A DNA stretch of 64,000 nt from Candidatus Poribacteria bacterium (lineage in GTDB: Bacteria > Poribacteria > WGA-4E > PCPOR2b): the NCBI GenBank assembly GCA_965208675.1, contig OZ242351.1, positions 4,288,001 through 4,352,000 on the forward strand. The letters run 5' to 3'. Below the pieces are notes generated by a model that was not told the DNA's origin, ran no database searches, and worked only from the letters and a program-made list of their open reading frames with translations. A program made the position numbers and the translations under genes. Each line of letters begins with the position of its first letter. Position 1 is the stretch's first letter. Positions 38,669 to 49,053 of this stretch are shown here, in pieces.

Positions 38669-39184
38669 GTGAAAATGAAACCATTCATTATCCTCGTCTA
38701 CATCTCATTCACCTCCGCTTGCGGCGGGGTGAAGTTAGTCGACATCACAAAATCCTCATCTGCGCTGAACCTGTCATCGGAACAGCTAAATGTCATTACG
38801 CCCAAAATTTCGCTCATTACGGACATAGTCGAAGACTACAAATTTGAAAAAGACGTGTTAGAGTCGCACTATCACGGCTATCGCAGCGAAGCACGGATGG
38901 ATCGATTGAGCCCGTACGAAGGTGACCGGAGAATGTATCGGCAGTCGGTAAGGGCACGACACGCGTTGAGAGCTAAGATTAGGGAGTTCATAGTTCAACG
39001 CAATGCGTACCTCAAGGAGATTGGCGGGCTCCTGAACGAAATTAAAGCCGCACTCACGCCGGAACAGCTGACTCGGTTCGACGAACTAAAGATGCCGGAT
39101 CTGAAACTACCGACAATGATTAAACCCAATCACTACCGCGGTTTAGACGCAATGCCCGGTACGTTCCCTTTTGGGCGCCTCTGA
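38669..39184 (+). CDS. Hypothetical helical lipoprotein
   Basis: Lipobox-like FTSA-C; LNLSSEQ..ALTPEQLTRF resembles Spy/CpxP LTxxQ motifs. Confidence 0.7.
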   Translation: MKMKPFIILVYISFTSACGGVKLVDITKSSSALNLSSEQLNVITPKISLITDIVEDYKFEKDVLESHYHGYRSEARMDRLSPYEGDRRMYRQSVRARHALRAKIREFIVQRNAYLKEIGGLLNEIKAALTPEQLTRFDELKMPDLKLPTMIKPNHYRGLDAMPGTFPFGRL

Positions 39185-39363
39185 GCGCAGCACACGCAGT
39201 ATGAGTAGAGCGGATATTTACAAACCTGTTCTTGCGGCAAACGCCGTGCCTTATGCCGCACGTCGAGATTGCTAGATTAACCCAAGCGAACCCCAGCGCT
39301 TGGGTAAACACCAGACGCAATAATTCAAATATTTCATCGCACCATTCTACCCAACCTAACTGG

Positions 39364-40080
39364 CTACGTGAAGAATTCCTCGTTATACGGGCGCAAATCC
39401 AGCTCAAACGTCCATGAACTCCGCGGCTGCTGGGCAAGACTCCAATAAGTCTCGGCAATCTCGTCCGGATCTAGCGTCGGTTCATCATCGTCTAGTTGGT
39501 ATCGGGTGCGCACGTCGGGCGTATCAATGATTCCGTCCACGATAATGTGAGCAACATGAATCCCTTGAGGCCCGATCTCGCGTGCCAAAGCCCACGCTAG
39601 ACCGCGCACGGCAAATTTCGCGCTGCTAAACGCTATTGCGCCCGCTCGTCCGCGAATGGCTGAGGTTGCACCGGTAAAGAGGATGGTCCCGCCTCCCCGC
39701 TCCACCATATCGGGCACGGCTTCCTGAGCGCACAAAAACGCCCCTAGTGCGCACACGCGCCAAGAATGCTCAAATGCATCGGGCGTCAACTCAGAAAAAT
39801 TGCCCCACGCGGCATTTCCGGCGTGGTTGACCAAGATATCGACCGGTCCCAACGCTTCTCGCACCGCCGAAAAGCTGCCCGCAATTTGAAGTGGGTCTGT
39901 AATGTCCGTCGGCAACGCGAGGCTAATCGTCCCCGCTTCCCGAAGTTCCGCAGCCAGCGTATCAATGTAACCCGGAGAACGTGCGAACAGCGCTACGCGG
40001 CATCCTTCGCGCGCGAATTTTTTCGCTAAGGACGCTCCCAATCCGGCGCCGACACCGGCGATTACCGCTGTCTTTGACAT
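39364..40080 (-). CDS. SDR family NAD(P)-dependent oxidoreductase
   Basis: GVGAGLG, VNHAG, FTGATSAIRG..FSSAKF, GIHVAHIIVDG. Confidence 0.92.
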   Translation of the reverse strand: MSKTAVIAGVGAGLGASLAKKFAREGCRVALFARSPGYIDTLAAELREAGTISLALPTDITDPLQIAGSFSAVREALGPVDILVNHAGNAAWGNFSELTPDAFEHSWRVCALGAFLCAQEAVPDMVERGGGTILFTGATSAIRGRAGAIAFSSAKFAVRGLAWALAREIGPQGIHVAHIIVDGIIDTPDVRTRYQLDDDEPTLDPDEIAETYWSLAQQPRSSWTFELDLRPYNEEFFT

Positions 40081-40133
40081 TTAGATTTCCTTCCTCCAAT
40101 TTCAGTACAATGATTTTAGTTTCCATGTCTCCT

Positions 40134-40322
40134 GTAGGTTGGGTTAAGGTGGGGTTTGCCAAATACATAGCAAAGAGAAACTACGCCGCGAACTTGAATC
40201 GGCGCCATTGGCATATACCCCGAACGTAACCCAACGCATTTAGGATTTTGAATCGCCTCAAATAGACCAATCGCATTGTGAAACCAAAAAACGTTGGGTT
40301 ACGCTATGTCAATCCCCTACGA
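40134..40322. repeat. REP-like element between convergent arms
   Basis: GTAGGTTGGGTTAAGG..CGTAACCCAACGC followed by CGTTGGGTTACGC. Confidence 0.65.
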
Positions 40323-42090
40323 CCCTGTAATCCGGATTGCACAAATCGCAATTACCGCATCTGTAATCCTCCGGAACTGATTCGCCGAAATACCTCCGCG
40401 CGGCGCGCCCGCGGCAATGCTCTGCGAGCGCATAATGTACCACCTGATCAAGCTGCCGCCGCTTGCCTAGAATGTAATCCTCAAATCCCATCTGATCCTC
40501 AGAAATCGAACCGAAGAGGTTGCTCTCACGCAGCAGCTCAATGAGCATCGAATCCTCTGTCCCCCAATACCGCAGATACCCATCGTTCTGCAAGTCAATT
40601 AGTTGTTCCATCAAATCGTCCGGTCGGATATCTAAGTCCCTACAAAATTCCATCGTGTTCAACTCGGATTGCGTTCGCAGTTGCTCTAGGAGCGCACGTT
40701 GGTCGACACCTTCTAACCTGTAATTTGGGACGAACGGCGTCCGGATTGACAGTCTTGAAGGGATGTCATACAACCTTCGCAGAAACCCAAGTTTTTGCAG
40801 GTAGCTGATGCCGACTCTGATTTTTCCGGCGCTAAAGCCGCTCAACCACTCCAGTTCTTCTGCAGGAATCATGCGGAATTGGTGCAGGGCGGGAAATGTT
40901 TCAATCAACTTGAGGAGTTTAAGCAGATTGCGCTTGTTTGGCGCGTCTTCCTTGATAAACCATTCGCGCAGCCGCCGATCGTCGGGACAATAAAATAGCA
41001 CACAAGTGGAGTCTTCGCCATCGCGGCCAGCACGTCCAGATTCCTGATAATATTCCTCCAGTGATCCCGTCATCGCCCAATGGATGATGTATCGGATATT
41101 TGGTTTATCAATCCCCATTCCGAATGCGTTGGTCGCCGCGATGAGGTCTATGCCGTCAGGCCCATCTTCAAAGAATCCATCCTGTACCCGTTTTCGCTCT
41201 GGCGCATCGCGCCCGGCATGGTAATAATCGACGCGCCGGCCGCGCGATCCCAAAACGGCCGCAATTTCCTCCGTGTCGCGTCGGCGTCCCGCGTAAATAA
41301 TTCCTTTGCCGTCGAGTTCTTGCAGGCAGGCGTGCAGCATCGAGAATTTTTCGGACTGGCCGGAGACGGCACAGACGCTAAATTTCAGATTGCGGCGCAC
41401 AATACTTCGTAAAAAGGTTTCACAGCGATCAACGTCCAACTCACGCAAGACGTCCGCACGCACTTCCGGGGTCGCGGTCGCTGTGAAAAGGGCGATTGAA
41501 CGCGGGTGCAGTACCCGGATGGCGTCGCGCAACGCCAGGTACGCGGGTCGAAAGTCGTGCCCCCACTGGGATATGCAGTGCGCTTCATCTATGACGAAAA
41601 GCGAGATAGGGAACGCGTCGAGACGCGCCAAAAACCGACGGCTCCGAAACCGTTCCGGTGCAGCATAGAGCAATTTAATTTCACCGCGTTTCAAACGGTC
41701 CAACTCCGCCTGATACTCCTCCAAATTTAGGCTGCTGTTGATTAACCCAACCGAATGGATACCACGCCTACGCAATGCGTCCACCTGATCTTTCATCAGG
41801 GAGATTAGCGGCGAAACGATGATGGCGACGCCGGGCTGAATGAGCGCAGGCAACTGATAACAGAGTGATTTGCCGTAACCGGTCGGAAACGCAGCGAGCA
41901 CATTGCCGCCGTTAAGGATTGCTTCAATTATTTCGCGCTGCCCGCCTCGGAACGTGGAAAGTCCGAAATATTGTTTGAGCGCAGCAAGCAACTCGTCTGA
42001 AGTATTGACGGGCAGTGCCGGCGGCGCCGAGGAAGGCTGTAGGTTAATGAGTTGATCGATATTTTCAAGTAGATTCTGTAAATTCTTCAT
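40309..42090 (-). CDS. recQ: RecQ family ATP-dependent DNA helicase (no HRDC)
   Basis: PTGYGKSLCYQLP, DEAHCISQWGHDFRPAY, FTATAT, ATNAFGMGIDKP, YYQESGRAGRDG, C-terminal CR..YFGE..CGNCDLC zinc site; ATG at 42090. Confidence 0.92.
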   Translation of the reverse strand: MKNLQNLLENIDQLINLQPSSAPPALPVNTSDELLAALKQYFGLSTFRGGQREIIEAILNGGNVLAAFPTGYGKSLCYQLPALIQPGVAIIVSPLISLMKDQVDALRRRGIHSVGLINSSLNLEEYQAELDRLKRGEIKLLYAAPERFRSRRFLARLDAFPISLFVIDEAHCISQWGHDFRPAYLALRDAIRVLHPRSIALFTATATPEVRADVLRELDVDRCETFLRSIVRRNLKFSVCAVSGQSEKFSMLHACLQELDGKGIIYAGRRRDTEEIAAVLGSRGRRVDYYHAGRDAPERKRVQDGFFEDGPDGIDLIAATNAFGMGIDKPNIRYIIHWAMTGSLEEYYQESGRAGRDGEDSTCVLFYCPDDRRLREWFIKEDAPNKRNLLKLLKLIETFPALHQFRMIPAEELEWLSGFSAGKIRVGISYLQKLGFLRRLYDIPSRLSIRTPFVPNYRLEGVDQRALLEQLRTQSELNTMEFCRDLDIRPDDLMEQLIDLQNDGYLRYWGTEDSMLIELLRESNLFGSISEDQMGFEDYILGKRRQLDQVVHYALAEHCRGRAARRYFGESVPEDYRCGNCDLCNPDYRVVGD

Positions 42091-42170
42091 GTGATGATCC
42101 GGGTGAATTGCGATTTGAGACCCGTCGATCCACCCCAAGTGTCCAAATGTCCCCGATGTTCAAGCTCGGA

Positions 42171-42869
42171 TTAGTCCTTGAATCGAAAACGGATAATATG
42201 GTACATTGCTGCAATCCCATCCTTCCAACTCACTTTTTTCCCCTCGTGATAGTCGCGTCCACGATAGGTTATCGGCACCTCACAGATTCGGCATTTGCGT
42301 TTTGCGAGTTTCGCGGTGATCTCCGGTTCAAATCCGAATCGATCCGACCGCAGCGGAATATTCAACAAAATTGAGGATTTTATTGCCTTGTAGCAGGTCT
42401 CCATATCCGTCAGATTAAAGCCGGTGCACAGATTGGAGAAAGCGGTCAAAAATCTATTTGCGGCGTAACTCGATAACAGCGCATGTCCACGTCCCGTTTG
42501 GAAGCGCGAACCATAGACCGCGTCCGCCGCACCGTCCAAAATTGGCTGGATTAGTTCCGGATAGTCTTGTGGATTATACTCCAGATCGGCGTCCTGAATG
42601 AGAGTTATGTCACCCTCAACGTGCTGGAATCCGGTGCGTAAGGCTGCTCCTTTGCCAAAATTTACATCGTGGTAAAAGACGCGGATGGATGAGTCGCTAG
42701 ACGATTCAATCTCCCGGAGAAGTTCACGCGCCCCATCGGTTGAGCAATCGTCCACCAAAACAATCTCTTTTTCAATCCCGATGTCGACCGCTTGTACCTG
42801 CCGGAGCAATTCCTCCAATGTGTCGACCTCATTATAAACGGGAATTACAATGGAGAGCTTATGCTGCAT
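42171..42869 (-). CDS. Glycosyltransferase family 2 (polyprenol-phosphate glycosyltransferase-like)
   Basis: SIVIPVYNE, VDDCSTDG, GKGAALR, IQDADLEY, TDMETCYK, FGFEPEIT. Confidence 0.93.
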   Translation of the reverse strand: MQHKLSIVIPVYNEVDTLEELLRQVQAVDIGIEKEIVLVDDCSTDGARELLREIESSSDSSIRVFYHDVNFGKGAALRTGFQHVEGDITLIQDADLEYNPQDYPELIQPILDGAADAVYGSRFQTGRGHALLSSYAANRFLTAFSNLCTGFNLTDMETCYKAIKSSILLNIPLRSDRFGFEPEITAKLAKRKCRICEVPITYRGRDYHEGKKVSWKDGIAAMYHIIRFRFKD

Positions 42870-42937
42870 TTCCGACCACCTGACGGACGAAAGCAGATGT
42901 TACTTTGTAATTTAACACATTAACACCTAACACGCCG

Positions 42938-43190
42938 TTGGTTGGGTTGAACGGATTTGGCAGATTCATACTTTCGAAAAAACGCGGCGGGCAAAATCGA
43001 GGTTGATAACACAATCCGCGAAGCGATATTCAGCGCGGTTCGTAAGACAGTACCAACTCCGTTCAACGAGATGACTCTCAATAGCCAAAAGGAGTTGGGT
43101 TACGGAGAAGACTACCGCCTAAAATCTCTTTCACCCAAAATATTCCTCCCGTTGGTGCTGTTCGATCGCGCGGCCTCAACCCAACCTAAG
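42938..43190. repeat. Convergent REP-like pair
   Basis: GTTGGTTGGGTTGAACGG ... GAGTTGGGTTACGG ... CTCAACCCAACCTAAG. Confidence 0.6.
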
Positions 43191-43308
43191 ACCGCTGTGA
43201 TTGCCTCCTAAAAGAGAAGATAGCATAACATATCTACACTGTCGAATCAAGCGTTTTCACGTCTCGCCTTTTGTGTCCTGGGGCTGCTTCGTTCAGGGTG
43301 CGGAAGGG

Positions 43309-45255
43309 TTATGGAATCATACTTGGGCGTCCGTGCCATGCCATGTTATACGTGACGATATTTAAGGATGCGCTGATAATGCTCCAAATGCAACCCATCG
43401 TGTAATCGCCGAGGACCAATCCCGCGAAAAACGGGATGGCGCGGCGATACCCCTTCAAGCCGCCATACCGTAGGATGGTGAATTTAAGAAACCAACTAAC
43501 TAGCACCGGACACCAGATGTAACTCATCTCCGACGGGCTTACCCCCATGACATATCCCACTGGATGAAATGGCCACCACAGAAACCGCATCTTCATGGCT
43601 AGCAGAACCGTTGTTATGCCAAAACCGAGGCTAATCATGCTCATAGTCAGGTAGTCCGGTTCGAGGGGAACGCTCAACCACGGCTGAAGCCGTCTCGTAA
43701 AATAGTCTGTACCCATCCCAACAATGTGTGATGCGGAATTTCCCGCCCCGTGGTGGTATGTGAGGCCGAGGTATATAACGAAGGTCGCGGGTATACCGAT
43801 GATGAGGGTAATAAGTATTGCCCATAACACTCTTCGAAAACTCGTGCCCGTTTGCTCGGCGATGCGGAATGCTTCGAGCTGATTCGGCATCGGGTGAGCG
43901 ACCAGCTCTCGGTTCAGCCAAAAAAGGAAGGTCAGCACCGTCAGGTTCCGCGCCCCGAATGTGCGTGTCCCAAACGCGGTCACCATCGTGCGCTGCGGAT
44001 CTACCCAGATGATGTGATGGATCGACACGCCCAAGCTCGCCCTGAGTTTGGTTACTCCGATGGCGATGGAACAGTACAAAACCAAAAACATAATCATTAC
44101 CCATGCCGACAGCCCTGCTTTGTACGCAAATGCAATTAGAAACAGTAATCCTGCAATAATGCCAAATACAGCGGTGCGATACCGCATCGGCTCGTTCGTG
44201 TCATGGAACCGGTTATTGCCGCTGAACGTCTGAAAGAAGACGCGCTTGAGGTGTCTGCGCCCAACCCATAAAGCCAGAATACCCAATCCAATCCAACCAC
44301 CCTGTGCTTGTTCATCGAAGTACGGGTTGCGTATTCCCATCGCCGCACCCAACACCACTCGAATCAGAAGCTGTAAGATGAAGAAAAACCACGCGGAAAA
44401 CGCGAGATCCAACGGCATGAAATACGAAAGTCCAATCACAAATGGCTGGAAAGAGACCAGCACTCCACCGGCGTAACTCCACGGTTTTTCCACGAAACTA
44501 ACCCGTTGCCACCAGACGGGCACGGCGGGGACGAATGGGAATAAGGTGTGCAAGCCGTTTAGCAGACTGATGCCTGCCGCGATTCCAAAGCCTAACCACA
44601 TTAGCTTGTTCCTCAGAAACCCCGAGATATCTCTCCCCATCTCCAAGGGCATCCAAGTAATCGGATAGGTGAGCCGTTCATGCTCGGTGAATTGCTTTCG
44701 CAGAATCACGTTGATGCAGATTAGTACGAAGTAAAGGACAAACATGAAAGCTGACCAATAGAGCATCGGTGCCAGCCACGGTTCGACGTATTTTCGGTCA
44801 AAGAACGAGGTCTCGCCGTGAAAAAAGCTGCTGAGGGCATGTGTGTCTCGGGTGGTGAACCAGTCGGGAATATACTGCCAGAACAGATTGCGCCAGTCAT
44901 TTTCCGGCGTGGCAAACCAGTATGGGTGCGCGAGAATTCCGATCACATGGCTCATGCTCGGATGGCCAGATACCGTTGTCACGGTGACAACCATAACGTA
45001 GATAACGAACAGGTCGGATCTGCTGAGCATAAACCGCGGCAGGAGTCTTTTCAGAAGCAAATTCAGTAGAATGAGCGCAAATAGGGTGAAGACCGCGTTG
45101 CTGAACAACGACATATAGTTGTGCAAGGGACCGACGATAATGTCATTGATTGCGACCCAATATGCATTAAGCGCCATCAATATTAGACCGATGACAACGA
45201 CTCTGATTCGAACACCGCCTCGAATTCGGTTCTGGATTGCGGTCGCTTCATTCAC
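43309..45255 (-). CDS. Polytopic membrane protein, DUF6785/DUF6784-like (putative transporter)
   Basis: 648 aa, many TMs; YWFATPENDW, LRKQF.EHERLTYPI, WWPFHPVGY, ILRYGG..YRRAIPFFAGLVLGD. Confidence 0.85.
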   Translation of the reverse strand: MNEATAIQNRIRGGVRIRVVVIGLILMALNAYWVAINDIIVGPLHNYMSLFSNAVFTLFALILLNLLLKRLLPRFMLSRSDLFVIYVMVVTVTTVSGHPSMSHVIGILAHPYWFATPENDWRNLFWQYIPDWFTTRDTHALSSFFHGETSFFDRKYVEPWLAPMLYWSAFMFVLYFVLICINVILRKQFTEHERLTYPITWMPLEMGRDISGFLRNKLMWLGFGIAAGISLLNGLHTLFPFVPAVPVWWQRVSFVEKPWSYAGGVLVSFQPFVIGLSYFMPLDLAFSAWFFFILQLLIRVVLGAAMGIRNPYFDEQAQGGWIGLGILALWVGRRHLKRVFFQTFSGNNRFHDTNEPMRYRTAVFGIIAGLLFLIAFAYKAGLSAWVMIMFLVLYCSIAIGVTKLRASLGVSIHHIIWVDPQRTMVTAFGTRTFGARNLTVLTFLFWLNRELVAHPMPNQLEAFRIAEQTGTSFRRVLWAILITLIIGIPATFVIYLGLTYHHGAGNSASHIVGMGTDYFTRRLQPWLSVPLEPDYLTMSMISLGFGITTVLLAMKMRFLWWPFHPVGYVMGVSPSEMSYIWCPVLVSWFLKFTILRYGGLKGYRRAIPFFAGLVLGDYTMGCIWSIISASLNIVTYNMAWHGRPSMIP

Positions 45256-45263
45256 AAATCATC

Positions 45264-45500
45264 TCACAGTGATAGTCTTGGATTTCCGCATCCTTTTGTG
45301 GCGGAGAAATTCCATGCCGTCCACTTCTCTGGATCCACTGTAACCCCGTGTACAACCATACCCAAGTGAAGATGCGAGCCGGGGACCTGACCCGTTTCCT
45401 CCATCAAACCGATTCGCCACCCTTTTTCTACCGTGTCACCAACGTTTAAGCCGATTTCGTTGAGATAATTAAAGCTTGTCAAGACACTATGTCCAACCAA
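45264..45500 (-). pseudogene. Degenerate M23 peptidase C-terminal fragment
   Basis: YLNEIGLNVGDTVEKG.RIG..ETG..GSHLH.G..VDP matches the M23 tail; the HxxxD half is missing and upstream sequence does not look coding. Confidence 0.6.
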
Positions 45501-46623
45501 ATCTTTGGCCTGCAACAAGAGCGGATAGGTGTCTGCTTGCAGCGTATCGCTCACTCCAATTAAACCTCGGTGCACGTTTTTCCATCTAATCGGATAGAAT
45601 CGAATTATTTGATCGAAAATCTTGCCGTTTGTTTCAGCCAAGGGTTTATTAGATCGGGCGAAAATCCCGTGCGTTTTAACTTGTAGAACGCTCAATTATT
45701 GGGTAGAGAGCTGAAACTCCGACGGGTTTTTTCAACGAAGGACACGAACGCCTTGCAGGTAGATTGTTTCTACAACAATTTATCCATGCCGTAGGCGCAA
45801 TTGTGTTTACGCCGTGGCGGCGGGCTGTTGTATCCGGTGTCCTGATAGTGTGATTTTTTTCTGTTCTCACCGAGCTTCAAATGTACTGGGACGCCATGAC
45901 TAACTTGGATTGTGACCGTGCCGTGTTTTGAACGTTCGCCGCTTGCTGCGGCAAATAAAGCATATTCCCCACGGATAGGTGTTCTGCGAGGCGATTATGT
46001 TCAGATTGAGCCGCAGCGGTACCGCATCGAACACTACGTACCGATAACGGCAGCTCAACAACCACAGCCGCGAGATAATCAAGAGGCGGACGGCCCCAGG
46101 GCGAAGGCGAGGTTGAATTCTGTTGGCACGGGGATGAGGCGATTTGAGGGATGTCCATGTTGTGTACTGCATGTGAATTTGACTGTAGAGGTTGCCAACC
46201 AAGCACGGAAATTATATCACAACCGCGAGTCAATACAAAATGTTTGATTTGATTTTGCCACACCAAATTGCGCGTGATACTCAGGGTTCAGACCGCGGCG
46301 GTTCTCTCTTAACATATGGTCATAATGGATACTCTATTTTCGCATAAAGAATCGGCGTCCCTCGCTGATTTTACGACCGATTGTGGCAGAATCTGCGGAT
46401 TTATGGTATTATATTATGAAAGGGTGTATGCGTCGAACAATTGCGTTAAATCGGTTGCATGTGTTGGATGGATTCAAGGTGTGGAGCATGTACCGGTTCC
46501 GCAGCGGGCCGTCGGGAGACAATCATTCCACGCATTGGACGCGCAAGAATGGTTCGACTGCCATACGCTAGAACAACGTAGGCTGCGATATGCGAAACGG
46601 TTCATTTTTAGGAGGAGATTTTA

Positions 46624-46917
46624 ATGAATATCTACGTCGGAAATTTGTCCTTTAGTGCCACCGATGATGACGTGCTTGAAGCTTTTCAAGAATTTGGGAA
46701 AGTGGAAACGGTGAATGTAATTCGAGATTCATATGACGGTCGATCTAGAGGATTCGGGTTTGTCGAAATGCCAGAAGATGCAGAAGCGAAATCAGCCATA
46801 GAAGCGTTAGATGGCAGCGAGTTTATGGGACGAAATTTGAAAGTGAACGAGGCGCGCCCAAAATCTAGACGAAATCAATCAAGAGATTACCGAGGGGGCG
46901 GATCTGATAGATGGTAG
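46624..46917 (+). CDS. RRM (RNP-1) RNA-binding protein
   Basis: RNP2 IYVGNL, RNP1 RGFGFVEM, LKVNEARP, Gly/Arg tail; AGGAGG RBS. Confidence 0.96.
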   Translation: MNIYVGNLSFSATDDDVLEAFQEFGKVETVNVIRDSYDGRSRGFGFVEMPEDAEAKSAIEALDGSEFMGRNLKVNEARPKSRRNQSRDYRGGGSDRW

Positions 46918-46949
46918 CGCGCGCGGTTTATACCATGGGATATCATCGT

Positions 46950-46985
46950 AAGCACCGGTTCCGTGTGATGAATCGGTGCTTTTTT
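46950..46985 (+). terminator. Intrinsic terminator
   Basis: AAGCACCGGTTC-loop-GAATCGGTGCTTTTTT. Confidence 0.8.
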
Positions 46986-47097
46986 ATGATACAGGTAGGT
47001 TAGGTGTTGAAAAAAAGCGCCGAGAGGAAAATTTTCACGTCCGCCGCAAACTCCTATGTGATTTACTTCATCGCTAAGAATTGAGGTAATCAAAGCC

Positions 47098-48375
47098 GTG
47101 AAAAATGGATCTCAAATGCTAAATCATCTGGTCGATACGGAATTTGCAGGTGACTTTGAAGTGCCGGAAAAAGAAGGTTTGAAAATGCCGCCCAGTAAGA
47201 ATCTAACCGATGAAAGAGGGGAGCAGTTGCCGGTTTCAGACCTTGATGAACTCATCCCCGCCTCAAATGCGAGTAGCGACGCGGTATTCAATTTTGAGGA
47301 TGGTATGGTTCCTTACCTTCAGCAGATTTCGAAAACACCGCTGCTAACACCTATCGAAGAGACCCAACTCTTTGAACAGTTTTCAGTCAAGATACAGCGG
47401 ATTGACGAATTGTTCAAGCAACTCCCGCCTTCGATGCTGGAGTCTGTGCAGACTAATCTGCGGCGCAGTAGAAAGGCAAAGCGGAAGTCCGTACGCCGTT
47501 GGTGGTCGCCGATGGAGGTTGGCGCAATAATAGATTTAATTTCTGCCGAGATTGGGGCGTATCAAAACGGGCAAACCGCGGATTATCCATACCAGAAAAA
47601 TGCCATCGAAACACTCCGGGAAAAGATTAGTATTGCAGTCGACGAGATGACGGCCGTACGAGAGAAGATTATACGCGCAAACCTGTTGCTCGTCGCCAGC
47701 GTCGTGATGCAGTATCGCGCTTATTCAGCATCAATGACGTTGCAAGATTTGATGCAAGAGGGGAATATCGGTTTGATGAAAGCCGTCGAAAAGTTCGATC
47801 TTCGAAAAGGGTGCAAGTTTAGCACTTACGCCTATTGGTGGATTATGCAAGCGGTTCAACGAGCTTTAGCACAACATAGCCGCACCGTTCGGTTGCCCTG
47901 CTACATTGGAACTTTACGACAATCGATTTTCGACACTCAGACTCGACTAACCAATGAACTTAACCGCGAACCTACTTACAGAGAGGTTGCGAAGGCAATG
48001 GGTTTGGATGAGAATCGTGTCGTCGAAATACTTCAAAGCGGACAAAGCACCATTTCACTCGATTCGCCGCTGTTCGACTCAAACGACGCGACCGTTTCTG
48101 ACACACTGGAGGACGAATCAAGCCTTGCTCCCGATAAGGAAGTACTTACGCGGTCAAGGAAGGAGTCGTTAGAAAAGGCGCTTAACACGCTAACATGGCG
48201 TGAAAAGGTTGTAATGCAGCTACGTTTCGGCTTGACTGACGGCACAGAATATACTTTGGCTGAAATTGGACGAGAATTGGGAATTAGCCGCGAGCGCGTT
48301 CGCCAGATTCAGGAGGAGGTCCTCCGAAAATTCCGCCATCCAATCTATTCAAAATCCCTCAAAGAACTGCTTTAA
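47098..48375 (+). CDS. RNA polymerase sigma factor, RpoD/SigA family (group 2-like, no clear region 1.1)
   Basis: Region 1.2 YLQQISKTPLLT, region 2 DLMQEGNIGLMKAVEKFD..KFSTYAYWWI, region 4 TLAEIG..GISRERVRQI. Confidence 0.93.
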   Translation: MKNGSQMLNHLVDTEFAGDFEVPEKEGLKMPPSKNLTDERGEQLPVSDLDELIPASNASSDAVFNFEDGMVPYLQQISKTPLLTPIEETQLFEQFSVKIQRIDELFKQLPPSMLESVQTNLRRSRKAKRKSVRRWWSPMEVGAIIDLISAEIGAYQNGQTADYPYQKNAIETLREKISIAVDEMTAVREKIIRANLLLVASVVMQYRAYSASMTLQDLMQEGNIGLMKAVEKFDLRKGCKFSTYAYWWIMQAVQRALAQHSRTVRLPCYIGTLRQSIFDTQTRLTNELNREPTYREVAKAMGLDENRVVEILQSGQSTISLDSPLFDSNDATVSDTLEDESSLAPDKEVLTRSRKESLEKALNTLTWREKVVMQLRFGLTDGTEYTLAEIGRELGISRERVRQIQEEVLRKFRHPIYSKSLKELL

Positions 48376-48519
48376 GTGATGCGGTATCAACAGAAATTCA
48401 ATGCGGGAAATTGGGCTTCCTCACGACTCAAAACATCGTCCAAAGTAGCCATGCAGGAGAAAATGCGCGCCGCTCACCAATTTGGAACCACCTTTTAAAC
48501 CTTTCGGAAGGACTTCAAC

Positions 48520-48909
48520 ATGAGCAACGGTTCCGCGTATGATGGATTGCAGAATCATATCCGGCAGATGGAAACGCCGGGAATCGAAACTTGGAAAAAC
48601 GAGTACTACGACAGAGATTACACTATCGAAATTACCAACCTAGAATTTACGACTATCTGCCCCAAGACCGGCCATCCCGATTTTGCGTCCATCCGAATTA
48701 CGTATGTTCCGGACAGGTACTGTGTTGAGCTCAAGTCCTTAAAAGAGTATTTCCTGTCTTTTCGCGAGGTAGGAATTTTTCACGAGCATCTTGTCAACAA
48801 GGTCATGGACGATTTTGTGGCTGCTTGCAAACCGCGCCGTGTTCAGGTGGAAGGGGATTTTAACATTCGCGGCGGACTGAAGACGGTAGTGCGCACGAGT
48901 CACGACTAA
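48520..48909 (+). CDS. queF: preQ1 synthase (7-cyano-7-deazaguanine reductase), short type
   Basis: EFTTICPKTGHPDF, VELKSLK.Y, FHE, F.IRGG. Confidence 0.93.
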   Translation: MSNGSAYDGLQNHIRQMETPGIETWKNEYYDRDYTIEITNLEFTTICPKTGHPDFASIRITYVPDRYCVELKSLKEYFLSFREVGIFHEHLVNKVMDDFVAACKPRRVQVEGDFNIRGGLKTVVRTSHD

Positions 48910-49053
48910 TCAGTTTGAATGCCTTTCCCAACCTACTACCTATGGATTCCATCTCGGTGCAGAGTGAATCACACCGGTCAATGTCAGGGGACTAGCGGTG
49001 GTTTCGCTTGCAGCCTCATGCACGCATGTGCTAAACTTTCCCATCTAGTAAAG

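Noticed and set aside
45676-46624. Several 60-130-aa ORFs between the M23 remnant and the RRM gene
   Set aside because: They overlap on both strands, have atypical composition and show no motifs; likely non-coding or decayed DNA.
48376-48519. preQ1 riboswitch upstream of queF
   Set aside because: No preQ1-I stem-loop with an A-rich tail was recognisable.
48520-48909. queF as part of a 7-deazaguanine DNA-modification (dpd) defence cluster
   Set aside because: No dpdA/tgt, queC, queD, queE or folE neighbours; consistent with ordinary queuosine synthesis.
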